Positions 18,234 through 27,229 of a stretch of DNA of 64,000 nucleotides are shown here, in pieces (position 1 is the stretch's first letter; each line of letters begins with the position of its first letter). The notes beneath the pieces were generated by a model that ran no database searches, was not told where the DNA came from, and saw only the letters and a program-made list of their open reading frames with translations. The DNA lies in IMG/VR virus record IMGVR_UViG_3300045988_102159, positions 1-64,000 of that record. One strand, 5' to 3'. The position numbers and the translations under genes were made by a program. The stretch comes from a virus.

Positions 18234-18924
18234 CAGTAATACTATTAAGAATCCTATTACGTTAATTGGAGAAATGGCTGGCCCTTGTTATGGCACAGAT
18301 ACCAGTAACGTAGAGAAGAACTATAAGCGCGGTCTTTCTTGTATAAAAGATGGGCATTTCCGCACACTTGAATTTGGAGAAGTATGGTTTGTTCTAGAAG
18401 GGTATTCAGCAAAGGTAATTCGAGAATTCTATACTCATAATGGTGGAGCGCCTACACGTCTACAGGCAAGTACGCGTTATATCAAATATCAAGATTTTGA
18501 TTATGTAGTTCCTCCAAAAATCGCGGCAAATGAAGATGCGAAGCAAATGTACGATTCTTGTATGAAAGCTATTGCCGAAGCAACTACTTATATGCAAAAG
18601 GAATGCGGAATTCCGCAGGAAGATGCAAACATGGTTCTTCCTCTTGGAATGACAACAACCGTCAGTTGCCGATTCAACGCCCGCACTCTTATGGCTATGG
18701 CCGAACAACGTCTATGCACTCGTGCCTATTGGGAATTTAGGCAGCTAATGAAAGATATAATTGAAGCATTATCTGAGTATTCTGATGAATGGAAAACTAT
18801 TTGTGATTTATTTTTTAAGTGCAAATGTGACAAAGCTGGTTATTGTCTAGAGCATAAGTCGTGCGGAAAATACCCTAAAAAAGTTATTGACAAAAGAGAA
18901 GATATAAGATATAATATAGTATAA
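18214..18924 (+). CDS. thyX: FAD-dependent thymidylate synthase ThyX
   Basis: ATG 18214 follows RBS aggatgg and overlaps the previous gene by 20 nt. Blocks HFRTLEFGEVWFVLEGYS, QASTRY and RLCTRAYWEFRQL parallel ThyX signatures. Confidence 0.7.
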   Translation: MGKVTINSNTIKNPITLIGEMAGPCYGTDTSNVEKNYKRGLSCIKDGHFRTLEFGEVWFVLEGYSAKVIREFYTHNGGAPTRLQASTRYIKYQDFDYVVPPKIAANEDAKQMYDSCMKAIAEATTYMQKECGIPQEDANMVLPLGMTTTVSCRFNARTLMAMAEQRLCTRAYWEFRQLMKDIIEALSEYSDEWKTICDLFFKCKCDKAGYCLEHKSCGKYPKKVIDKREDIRYNIV

Positions 18925-18938
18925 AAGAGATGAAATAA

Positions 18939-19949
18939 ATGCCACCAAAAGAGAAAGAAGGAGATTTTATTGGTACAAAAGGTACAATTGTACATAAGCT
19001 CTTAGGAACAGACAAAGGACATAATTTAGTCGGTGAATTTGAATGCCCACTATGTAGACAAAATAATATCGTATCTTATTTTACAACTACTTATACAAAT
19101 GTAAGAACAGATAAAATAAGTTATTGCTCTAAGCACGAAGGTATAGAAGGTGCGCAACATCGTGACCTTAGAAAATGTACTACAGATGATTTTGATAAGA
19201 TGATTGGCAAAAAATTTGGGAGATTAACCCCATTGTCTTATGGAGAACGTACGTCTCGTGGCATGATGTTTGTATGTCGTTGTGATTGTGGGAACATGAA
19301 AACTGTACGTTATAGTGATTTAAAGAGTGGGTTTGTACGGTCATGCGGATGTTTGGCTAAAGAAACTCGTCAGCGAATTGGAAAAATGACGGCTGCTAAT
19401 AACCCTACGTTCAACCCTAAAAATCTTGCTGGGCAACAAAGTGGAACGTGGACAGCACTATATCGTTTAGATAAACAGTCTAAAAATGGAACGTATTATT
19501 GGCGTTGTATATGTCAAAATGGACATTACAATGATATTTTAAGTAGTAATTTTCCTAGGACTAAGACATGCCGACAATGTAAAAATTCTGATACTTCTTT
19601 AGGAGAAAATGCAATTCAATCTATATTAAACGATTTAGGTATTTTTTTTAATAAAGAAAAAGAAATAGATGGATGCTGCTATAAAAGACCGTTAAGATTT
19701 GATTTTTATCTGCCTGACTATAATTGTTGTATAGAATTTGACGGAATACAGCATTTTAAGCCAACTAATTTCTCACATGACAATTTTGAAACAAGAAAAA
19801 TAAGAGATTCTATAAAAGAAGAGTTTTGCAAAGAAAATAAAATAGCACTTGTTAGATTTGATTATACAGAATTGGACAAAATTGATAAAGAATATTTTCT
19901 TGACAAAATGAAACAAAATGGTATACTTATAGAACAAAGTGATAAATGA
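18939..19949 (+). CDS. free-standing PD-(D/E)XK (DUF559/Vsr-like) putative homing endonuclease, paralog B
   Basis: FGRLTPL...CRCDCGNMKTV repeats. C-terminal LRFDFYLPDYNCCIEFDGIQHF...LVRFDY. Confidence 0.6.
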   Translation: MPPKEKEGDFIGTKGTIVHKLLGTDKGHNLVGEFECPLCRQNNIVSYFTTTYTNVRTDKISYCSKHEGIEGAQHRDLRKCTTDDFDKMIGKKFGRLTPLSYGERTSRGMMFVCRCDCGNMKTVRYSDLKSGFVRSCGCLAKETRQRIGKMTAANNPTFNPKNLAGQQSGTWTALYRLDKQSKNGTYYWRCICQNGHYNDILSSNFPRTKTCRQCKNSDTSLGENAIQSILNDLGIFFNKEKEIDGCCYKRPLRFDFYLPDYNCCIEFDGIQHFKPTNFSHDNFETRKIRDSIKEEFCKENKIALVRFDYTELDKIDKEYFLDKMKQNGILIEQSDK

Positions 19950-19966
19950 TACAAGAAAGGATTTAC

Positions 19967-20926
19967 ATGTTTAAAACAATCAATGGGTGCCATATCGAAG
20001 GCTATGTATTTTCAACTGACCGTCTCGCACAGCGTGTCTCTAAAAAGACTAATACTCCATTTATTAACGGCACAGTGAATATTGCCACTGATGATAAAGG
20101 TCTTAACGTTGTCCCTGTATTTTTCCGTTACGTTACTGAAACTTTCAAAAGCGGTAAACCTAATCCTGCATGGGAGATTCTGACTGCTCTTATCGACCAT
20201 GAGGGTTCAGATACTTTTGAAGCTGTAGGTACTTCTGCTCTCAAGGTTCGTATTGATGGTTCTGTTGGCACTAATGATTTCGTATCTCGTGATGGTGAAG
20301 TAGTTTCTCCTAAACGTGTCGAAGGTCAGTTTATGCACGTTATGACCAATGAGATTTCTGAAAATCCTGCAACCTTTGATGTCGATATGCTGATTGCAAA
20401 TGCAGCTGAGCAGGAAGTTGAAGATGGCGATGATTTTGTCAAGCTACGTGGTTACGTTTTTGATTATCGTGGTGACGTTCTTCCTGTTGATGTTAACGTT
20501 CGTTCCAAGGGCGGCATGGATTACTTCATCGACCAAGATATTTCTAATAAGAATCCTCTTCTAACTCATATCAAGGGTTCTATTGTATCTCAGGCTATTA
20601 CGACTGAGAAGACTGAGGAATCTGCATTTGGCGACCCAGTAGTTCATAAGGTTGTTCGTCATGTTCGTTCTTGGGATGTTACTTGGGCTGCGGTTGAGCC
20701 TTATGAGTGGGATGATGAATCTACTATTACTAAGAAGGAATTCAAGCAGAAACTAGATGAGCGTGAAGAGCGTATGGCAGAACTCAAGCGTAATCATGAC
20801 GAGTATCAGGCTAGTCGTAATGGTGGTCAGAATTTTGCGGCTGTCAAGGAATCTCCAAAGCCTGCACTTAAGACTGAGGTACAGACTGATACAGACGAAG
20901 ATGACGACGAGGATTGGCCCTTCTAG
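19967..20926 (+). CDS. ssb: single-stranded DNA-binding protein (phage type)
   Basis: ATG 19967 follows RBS aaagga. The acidic C-terminal tail ends DEDDDEDWPF, the SSB partner-binding tip pattern. Confidence 0.55.
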   Translation: MFKTINGCHIEGYVFSTDRLAQRVSKKTNTPFINGTVNIATDDKGLNVVPVFFRYVTETFKSGKPNPAWEILTALIDHEGSDTFEAVGTSALKVRIDGSVGTNDFVSRDGEVVSPKRVEGQFMHVMTNEISENPATFDVDMLIANAAEQEVEDGDDFVKLRGYVFDYRGDVLPVDVNVRSKGGMDYFIDQDISNKNPLLTHIKGSIVSQAITTEKTEESAFGDPVVHKVVRHVRSWDVTWAAVEPYEWDDESTITKKEFKQKLDEREERMAELKRNHDEYQASRNGGQNFAAVKESPKPALKTEVQTDTDEDDDEDWPF

Positions 20927-21000
20927 TCAAGTATTAGATAATTGAATAGACAGGGGAGAGATTAAGTTCTCTCCCTTTATAGGATAGAAAAGGATTTAAA

Positions 21001-21255
21001 ATGGAATTTAATTTTACGACATGTGCGGCTCCTGCCGATAACGCTTTCGGCAAGACCGTTTCAAAGTATGCAGAGCCAGTAAAGTCTTTCTACGAGTCTG
21101 GCGATGAACATCAGTGTATGGCGTGCGCTGATGCTGATGAAGCAAAGCGCATCTATAAGGGTCTTTATTCATATGTTCATGGAAATAGCTGCGAGTATAA
21201 GGATAAGGTTAGCACTTGCCGCCGAGACAATGTTATTTATCTAAATCGTATTTAA
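21001..21255 (+). CDS. hypothetical protein
   Basis: 84-aa ORF with RBS aaaagga. Confidence 0.5.
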   Translation: MEFNFTTCAAPADNAFGKTVSKYAEPVKSFYESGDEHQCMACADADEAKRIYKGLYSYVHGNSCEYKDKVSTCRRDNVIYLNRI

Positions 21256-21303
21256 TAGCAGATAGCAAAATATTAAACCAAGAGAGAAAAGAGAAAGTAA
21301 TAT

Positions 21304-21396
21304 ATGGCAATTGATATCTTTAATATTGAACCTCACAAAGTTAGTCGTTCGCTAGAGGGCTATACAATCATGTTTTACGGTGAGCCTAAAACGGGT
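21304..21396 (+). CDS. Sak4-like (AAA_24) recombination ATPase, exon 1
   Basis: 31 codons ending FYGEPKTG, the first half of Walker A. The frame stops 4 codons later. Confidence 0.7.
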
Positions 21397-22354
21397 GCTA
21401 CTAATTAAATGTTTTGCTCGTATATAATTGGGTAAATTGCGGGAAAGTCTTGATATTTTACTTATTTACTAAGCATTTTTGATGTGGCTGATGGTAATTC
21501 TTAAGGTATAGTAACAATAATAAGTAGAGAGATAATCCGCAGCGCTTTCTTTTAGAAGCGTTCAACGACTAGGTTTTATAACCGTAACTTTTATAAGTGA
21601 AATGCCCGATGGCATTAGTTGTGGAGAATTAAAATGAAAGAACAATGGAAAAAGATTTTTATTAATGGTCAATCTACAGTATATTCTGTCTCTAATTTAG
21701 GAAGAATACGGAATGACAAGAAAATGTCTATTTTAGATGGATATGTTAACAACAATGGTTATTCAATGGTTCATCTTCGTTATAGGATTGACAAAATGTG
21801 TAGTATTCATCGACTTGTTATGAGAGCCTTTAAACCGTGTGACGAAATGGATGATTTACAAGTTAATCATATTGATGGGAACAAACAAAATAATAATGTT
21901 CTTAACTTAGAATGGTGTGATTCGCTTTATAATATTCGTCATTCTTTTCGGACTGGACTTCAATCTAAAGAATTCCGTAAAACGTATTGTTATGATTTAG
22001 AAGGCAACTTTTTAAAGGAATATGAATGCGCAACAGATGCAGCCAAAGATTTAAATATAGATGTTTCTAATATTATTAGATGCTTAAACGAAGAGCAAAG
22101 TCATTATTTATCTTGGCAATTTAAATCTTATAAAAAAGGTAAAATTGATGAATGGTGTAACCCGCATAAAAATCAAGTTTATGTATATTTTGATAACGGG
22201 CAGTTTTATAAAGCCTACAAGTCTCAAGACGAATGTGCAAAAGATTTAGGACTTGGAAAGGCTTCAGTAAGTCGGTATATCCGAGGAATTAGAAAACTGC
22301 CAGATTTTGTTTTTTCAAAAATTCCACTCTAATGTTTTAAGATATAGTCTACTG
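21397..22354 (+). mobile_element. group I intron in Sak4-like ATPase gene, with HNH ORF
   Basis: 958 nt. Guide gctcgt (21416-21421) pairs with exon end acgggt. Ends in G22354. Blocks tgcgggaaa, aatccgcagcg and cgttcaacgacta are shared with the dnaE intron. Confidence 0.75.
21634..22332 (+). CDS. HNH homing endonuclease (NUMOD4 N-terminus, HTH repeats)
   Basis: EQWKKI...YSVSNLGRIRN (NUMOD4-like). HNH core VNHIDGNKQNNNVLNLEW...NIRH. Two HTH-like repeats: AAKDLNIDVSNIIRCL and CAKDLGLGKASVSRYI. Confidence 0.8.
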   Translation: MKEQWKKIFINGQSTVYSVSNLGRIRNDKKMSILDGYVNNNGYSMVHLRYRIDKMCSIHRLVMRAFKPCDEMDDLQVNHIDGNKQNNNVLNLEWCDSLYNIRHSFRTGLQSKEFRKTYCYDLEGNFLKEYECATDAAKDLNIDVSNIIRCLNEEQSHYLSWQFKSYKKGKIDEWCNPHKNQVYVYFDNGQFYKAYKSQDECAKDLGLGKASVSRYIRGIRKLPDFVFSKIPL

Positions 22355-23278
22355 AAAACATCAACAGCAGCCAAATTTCCAAAAGCCTTACTATTAGGTT
22401 TTGAGGTTGGTTATCTTACCATTGGCGGCGTTAAAGCCATTCCTATTAATAAGTGGTCTGAATTTAAGCAGATTCTAAAGCAGCTTAAAGACCCAAAGGC
22501 TCATGAAATGTATAGCAATATTATTGTCGATACTGCGGACATTGCTTATGACCTTTGTGAAAAGTACATCTGCAATCAAGCTGGCGTATCTACAATCCGT
22601 GAAATCCCGTATGGCGGCGGCTTTAGCCAGACCAGTAAAGAGTTCGATGAATGTCTTCGCACTATTCCTCAAATGGGATATGGCCTAGTTATGATTTCAC
22701 ACAGTCAAGATAAGACTTTTACTGATGAAAATGGTAATGAATATAATCAGATTGTTCCTACTCTTAGTAATCGTCCGCGTCTAATTGTTGACCGAATGAG
22801 TGACGTTATCGGCTACGCTCATCCAGTAGAAGATGAAGATGGCAGCACTCATACTGTTCTATATATGCGCGGAACCCCTCGATTCGTAGCTGGTTCTCGA
22901 TTTAAGTATACGCCTGATTCTATTGACTTCACCTACGATAATCTTGTTAAGGCTATTGGTGATGCAATTGATAAGCAGGCAGAGGAAGATGCTGGCAAGT
23001 TTGTTACTGATGAACGTACTAATGCGTATAAAGTCAACGAAGGTCCTGACTTTGAAGCTATGAAGAATGAGTTCAAGGAATTAACTGTCAAGATTCAGCA
23101 CAGCGTTTCTAAGGATGAATTCAAGAAGTCTTGGGCGCCTAAGATTATCGAAATTACAGATAAGTATCTCGGTGTCGGCAAGAAGGTCAATGACTGTACT
23201 GCCAAGCAAGCTGAACAGCTTTCACTTATCCTCGATGACCTCAAAGACCTACTGTCTAATGGAATTGATGTAGCTTAA
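22355..23278 (+). CDS. Sak4-like (AAA_24) recombination ATPase, exon 2
   Basis: Starts KTSTAAKFPKALLL, completing Walker A as GEPKTGKT. Walker B-like IIVDTAD. In frame with exon 1 after splicing. Confidence 0.7.
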   Translation, partial: KTSTAAKFPKALLLGFEVGYLTIGGVKAIPINKWSEFKQILKQLKDPKAHEMYSNIIVDTADIAYDLCEKYICNQAGVSTIREIPYGGGFSQTSKEFDECLRTIPQMGYGLVMISHSQDKTFTDENGNEYNQIVPTLSNRPRLIVDRMSDVIGYAHPVEDEDGSTHTVLYMRGTPRFVAGSRFKYTPDSIDFTYDNLVKAIGDAIDKQAEEDAGKFVTDERTNAYKVNEGPDFEAMKNEFKELTVKIQHSVSKDEFKKSWAPKIIEITDKYLGVGKKVNDCTAKQAEQLSLILDDLKDLLSNGIDVA

Positions 23279-23282
23279 TTTT

Positions 23283-23314
23283 AAAGACCGTCCATAATTG
23301 GGCGGTCTTTTTTG
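23283..23314 (+). terminator. intrinsic terminator
   Basis: aaagaccgtcc/gggcggtcttt stem (one mismatch) plus a T-run. Confidence 0.65.
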
Positions 23315-23343
23315 TTGACAAAATCTCCTGAATATGCTATAAT
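23315..23343 (+). promoter_or_regulatory. sigma70-like promoter
   Basis: TTGACA 23315-23320, 17-nt spacer, TATAAT 23338-23343. Confidence 0.6.
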
Positions 23344-23367
23344 TATATTATAAAGTTAGGAGAAAAT

Positions 23368-23886
23368 ATGGCAAAGCAAAAACCTGTTAAATGCCCATAT
23401 TGTGGTCAAATGATTGACCGTGATTATGAGTTCGATTGGAAAAAGATTGGCAACCGATATTGGCATGATGAATGTTATATCAAAAGCCAAGAGGAAAAAG
23501 AAAAAAATAAAGATAAGCTGAAAAAGCAACGAGAAGCAGTCATGAAAATGGCTGGCAAATACCTCGGCGCATATGTAGACTATCAGAAGGTCGCTCTAAA
23601 TATGGGACAACTTATCAAAATTGGTGTTACATATGAGCAAATGGCTAAATCTTTAAAGTATTGGTATGAAATAAAACATAATGACCCGAATAGGTCGAAT
23701 GGCGGCATATGGATTGTCAAATCAATTTATATCGAAGCAGAAAACTATTTCAAGCGATTGGAAGAGATTAGAACCGTACAGAGTGAAGAACAAGTGAACA
23801 CAGATATTACAGATGAACATCGTGTATTTGTGCGGCCAAGGGATGTAAATATCTATAGAAAAAAGCCACGTTTCAACTTGGAATAG
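23368..23886 (+). CDS. zinc-ribbon protein, function unknown
   Basis: 172 aa with RBS aggag. CPYCGQ...WHDEC at the N-terminus. Confidence 0.5.
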   Translation: MAKQKPVKCPYCGQMIDRDYEFDWKKIGNRYWHDECYIKSQEEKEKNKDKLKKQREAVMKMAGKYLGAYVDYQKVALNMGQLIKIGVTYEQMAKSLKYWYEIKHNDPNRSNGGIWIVKSIYIEAENYFKRLEEIRTVQSEEQVNTDITDEHRVFVRPRDVNIYRKKPRFNLE

Positions 23887-23898
23887 AAGGGAGGATAT

Positions 23899-24582
23899 TT
23901 GATTAGTAAATACTATGATTCTGTCGCGGCATTACAGGTAATTGGATGTTGTATGCGGAAACCTGAATACTTGGCGGCAGATGGACAATACTTCTTTTCA
24001 GAGCACGACTTTTGCAATGATTTACATAAGGTAGTATTTGGCGCTTTGTATAGTCTATATAACGCAGGTGTAACTGACCATCTTGCGCGAGAAATTGAAA
24101 ATTATCTTAAAGATAAGCCGAAAGCATATGCAATCTATAAAGCTAATAAAGGTCGAGAGTGGATGTTTGAAACTCATGCAAATGCTCACTTAGATGCTTT
24201 TGAGTATTATTATAGCCGTCTAAAGAAAATGTCTTTACTTCGCGCATATGATGATGTTGGTGTAGATGTATCTGATATTTATGACCCTGATAATATTTTA
24301 GATTCTGCAAAGAAGCAGGCACAAGACGAATATCTTGACGGCACGACATTAGAGCAATTAGCTGATGATATAGAGGGTAAATTTTATTTTATCAGGGATT
24401 TATATGTAGACAATAACGATAATGACTCTGTTGCTATTGGCGATAATGTCCAAAAGATTGTAGATGAATTGGCACAGCACCCTGCTCGTGGTTGGGCGAT
24501 GTATGATTTATATGAAGATGCAATCGCTATGGGCGCACGACCTGGCCGTTTTTATTTAAGAAGTGCGGCAACAGGTGTCGGT
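23899..24582 (+). CDS. dnaB: DnaB-family replicative helicase, exon 1
   Basis: TTG start after RBS aagggagga. N-terminal domain, then ...SAATGVG, which is Walker A minus its Lys. Confidence 0.75.
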
Positions 24583-24813
24583 AAAATGATTTGCCGACAA
24601 TAAACTGGGGAGAAAATCTGGAACCCTAAACTAAAAGGCAAGGGAATCAGAGGTGAAGATTAATTTTAAATTAACCAGCCGCAACGCATAGCAGGTGAAA
24701 AGATATAATCCTGCCACGAGGCCCCGGCTTTCTTTATAAGAAAGAAAAGATATGCTGAACTTGCGGGAAACCGTAAGAACCATAGGATAAAAAGCCTATG
24801 GGGTAACAAATTG
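24583..24813 (+). mobile_element. ORF-less group I intron in dnaB (231 nt)
   Basis: Guide gccgac (24593-24598) pairs with exon end gtcggt. Ends in G24813. Its GAAA-capped helix covaries with the gyrA intron homolog. Confidence 0.8.
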
Positions 24814-25692
24814 AAATCAAGAACTGGTGTTGCTGATGCTTGTTTTTTCTCATGTTCTGAGTATTATTCAGATGAAGGTAAATGGGAGCGTTTATATAAT
24901 CGAGTACCTACTTTATATATTTCAGTAGAGTTAGACATTGAAGAGCTTACAACTATGGCGCTAGCTTTTATCGGCAATATTCCAGAAGACCATATTGTTG
25001 AAATGGATTTACTTACTTTTGAAGAGGAAGAGCGATTAAAGAGAGCTGTAAAGATTCTAGAAGAAGCGCCACTTCGTATGGAATATCTTCCTAATTATGG
25101 TATGAAAGATGTTGAGAATTGTATTAAACGCAATATGCGCAAATACAAATATCCACGATTAGATGAACATGGCAATACAGATTACCTAACTTTTCAATGT
25201 GTTGTCTTTGACTATCTAACATCATCTATTAAGATGATTGAAGAAATCTCACATGGAACTGGTGTAAAAATCCGTGAGGACCAGATTCTATTCCTTATGT
25301 CATCTAAACTTAAAGAAATAGCTGTCGAAAATAATATCTTTCTCTTGTCAAGCACGCAAATTAATGGTAGTTACAAGCAAGAGAAAATCTTAGACCAGAA
25401 CATGCTGGCTGGTGCAAAATCAATCGCAAACAGAATCGACTATGGTGAAATCATGGTCGATTGCACAGATGAAGATATTCAAGATATTGAAGGTGTTTTG
25501 GCGCAGCATCCCGGCATGTGTCCACCAAATGTAAAAAGAAGCGTATATAAGAATCGACGAGGGAAATTCAACCGTGTTATTTGTTGGATGCGCGCGAATA
25601 AAGGTACTTGTCGATATAAGACTTTATTTGTAACTGACTTCTCTTTCAAACCAATAGACAAAGATGAAATCTTCCAGAAGAAGAAAGAATAG
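24814..25692 (+). CDS. dnaB: DnaB-family replicative helicase, exon 2
   Basis: Starts KSRTGVADACFF, so Walker A becomes GVGKS. RecA-like core with Walker B-like VVFDYL. Confidence 0.75.
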   Translation, partial: KSRTGVADACFFSCSEYYSDEGKWERLYNRVPTLYISVELDIEELTTMALAFIGNIPEDHIVEMDLLTFEEEERLKRAVKILEEAPLRMEYLPNYGMKDVENCIKRNMRKYKYPRLDEHGNTDYLTFQCVVFDYLTSSIKMIEEISHGTGVKIREDQILFLMSSKLKEIAVENNIFLLSSTQINGSYKQEKILDQNMLAGAKSIANRIDYGEIMVDCTDEDIQDIEGVLAQHPGMCPPNVKRSVYKNRRGKFNRVICWMRANKGTCRYKTLFVTDFSFKPIDKDEIFQKKKE

Positions 25693-25695
25693 GAG

Positions 25696-26775
25696 GTGCG
25701 GGAATTGGGATACGATAAAGCAAAGGTAAAGGAATCAATTGAGCCAGAAAACGTATATGATATTCTAGAATACTTTGGCGCAGAGCCAGAAATGTATTCT
25801 GACTATATCATTTCCCGCACAATCTGTCACAATGGCATTGGTGAAGGTTCAAAGAAATTATATTATTATTTTGAGAATAGTATGTTTAATTGCTATACTG
25901 AGTGCGGCGCATTCGATATTTTTGAACTTGTTGAGAAAGTTAAGAATATAGATTTAAATTCCGCAATCTATTTCGTGGTTAATTTCTTAAATCTTCAAAT
26001 TGATTTAGATAATGATATTGACATAAAAGATAGTCAAGAAGACTGGAAAATATTCAATAGATATAAAGAGCAAAAAGATGTAAATGTAAATGATAATACC
26101 ATTGAGTTGCCAGAATATGATATATCTATTATTCAGCATTATCCTCAACCTATTATTTCCTCTTGGTCTAATATCTCAAAAGAGGTGTGTGATTTTGCGC
26201 AAATTCATTATGACCCTCTTGGCGGCAATATCCTTATCCCACATTTTGACCAGAATGATAGGTGCGTAGGTATTCGGCAGAGAACTATTATCCAAGAGCA
26301 AGAGAAAAAAGGAAAATACAAACCTTGGCGAGTTCATGGTCAACTTTATAATCATGCTCTTGGCTTTAACTTGTACGGTCTGAACTGGGCTAAGGAAAGA
26401 ATTGGAGAAATACAGACTGCTGTTGTAGTCGAGAGCGAAAAGAGCGTCTTGTCTTTCCAGACTTATTATGGAACCAGCAATAACATATGTGTCGCAACAT
26501 GCGGCAGTTCCTTGTCCAAATATCAATTCAAACTTCTTAAAGATGCTGGATGTAAAGAAATCGTTATCGCATTTGACCATGACTTTGATGAATATGGTTC
26601 AGATGAAAGTCTAAAGATTGAAGAAAAGATTGCCAAGATTGGTAACAAATATAAACCGTATATGAATATGTCTGTAGTCTTTGATAGAGAAAATATTTTA
26701 GGATATAAGGCAAGTCCATTAGACCAAGGTAAAGATGTATTTATGTATCTATTTAAGAATAGGATTATGTTATAA
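25696..26775 (+). CDS. dnaG: DnaG-like DNA primase
   Basis: Zn-finger-like CHNG...CYTECG. Toprim VVVESEKSVL and IAFDHDFD. TTG at 25705 is better spaced from AGGAGG than the GTG at 25696. Confidence 0.65.
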   Translation: MRELGYDKAKVKESIEPENVYDILEYFGAEPEMYSDYIISRTICHNGIGEGSKKLYYYFENSMFNCYTECGAFDIFELVEKVKNIDLNSAIYFVVNFLNLQIDLDNDIDIKDSQEDWKIFNRYKEQKDVNVNDNTIELPEYDISIIQHYPQPIISSWSNISKEVCDFAQIHYDPLGGNILIPHFDQNDRCVGIRQRTIIQEQEKKGKYKPWRVHGQLYNHALGFNLYGLNWAKERIGEIQTAVVVESEKSVLSFQTYYGTSNNICVATCGSSLSKYQFKLLKDAGCKEIVIAFDHDFDEYGSDESLKIEEKIAKIGNKYKPYMNMSVVFDRENILGYKASPLDQGKDVFMYLFKNRIML

Positions 26776-27002
26776 TGTGTGTTACAATTGGACAAATCAT
26801 AGTTTTAATACTTGTGTTTCTGTCACCGATTCTTTTGTGTCTTGCTATCATTGCAGCTTGTATTATTATAGATAAATGGGTAGATATTATATTTTATCCT
26901 TTTGAGATTCTTCGTGATAATGTTGATAATTACAGGCAGAAAAGAGATTTAGAATCATGGTATGAAGAAAGCGAAAATAACCAAGAGAAAGATACAATAT
27001 GA
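26775..27002 (+). CDS. small membrane protein
   Basis: 75 aa. Hydrophobic N-terminal 35 aa (IIVLILVFLSPILLCLAIIAACIII). ATGT overlap with the primase stop. Confidence 0.5.
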   Translation: MCVTIGQIIVLILVFLSPILLCLAIIAACIIIDKWVDIIFYPFEILRDNVDNYRQKRDLESWYEESENNQEKDTI

Positions 27003-27229
27003 CAGAAGATGATAAATTAAAGATTCTCAGTTATCACCGCAAACATCAGCGCTGTTGATATTGTAAATATTATTTTTATCCATATGTGCCGCATGAGCTA
27101 AAATTTACTAGCACCGTTCCTCCTGAATGTGCTATTAAAGATAAACGGATTTATCCTTATATCTTAGGTTTTAAAACGTTAGCAGGATGTATGTACAAAG
27201 AGTTTGGAGTTGATGAAAATAGATTATAA
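26999..27229 (+). pseudogene. small ORF interrupted by an in-frame TGA inside a C-x-x-C
   Basis: ATG 26999 (ATGA overlap), 19 codons, TGA 27056-27058, then 56 more open codons to TAA 27227. The context is RC-TGA-YC. Confidence 0.3.
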
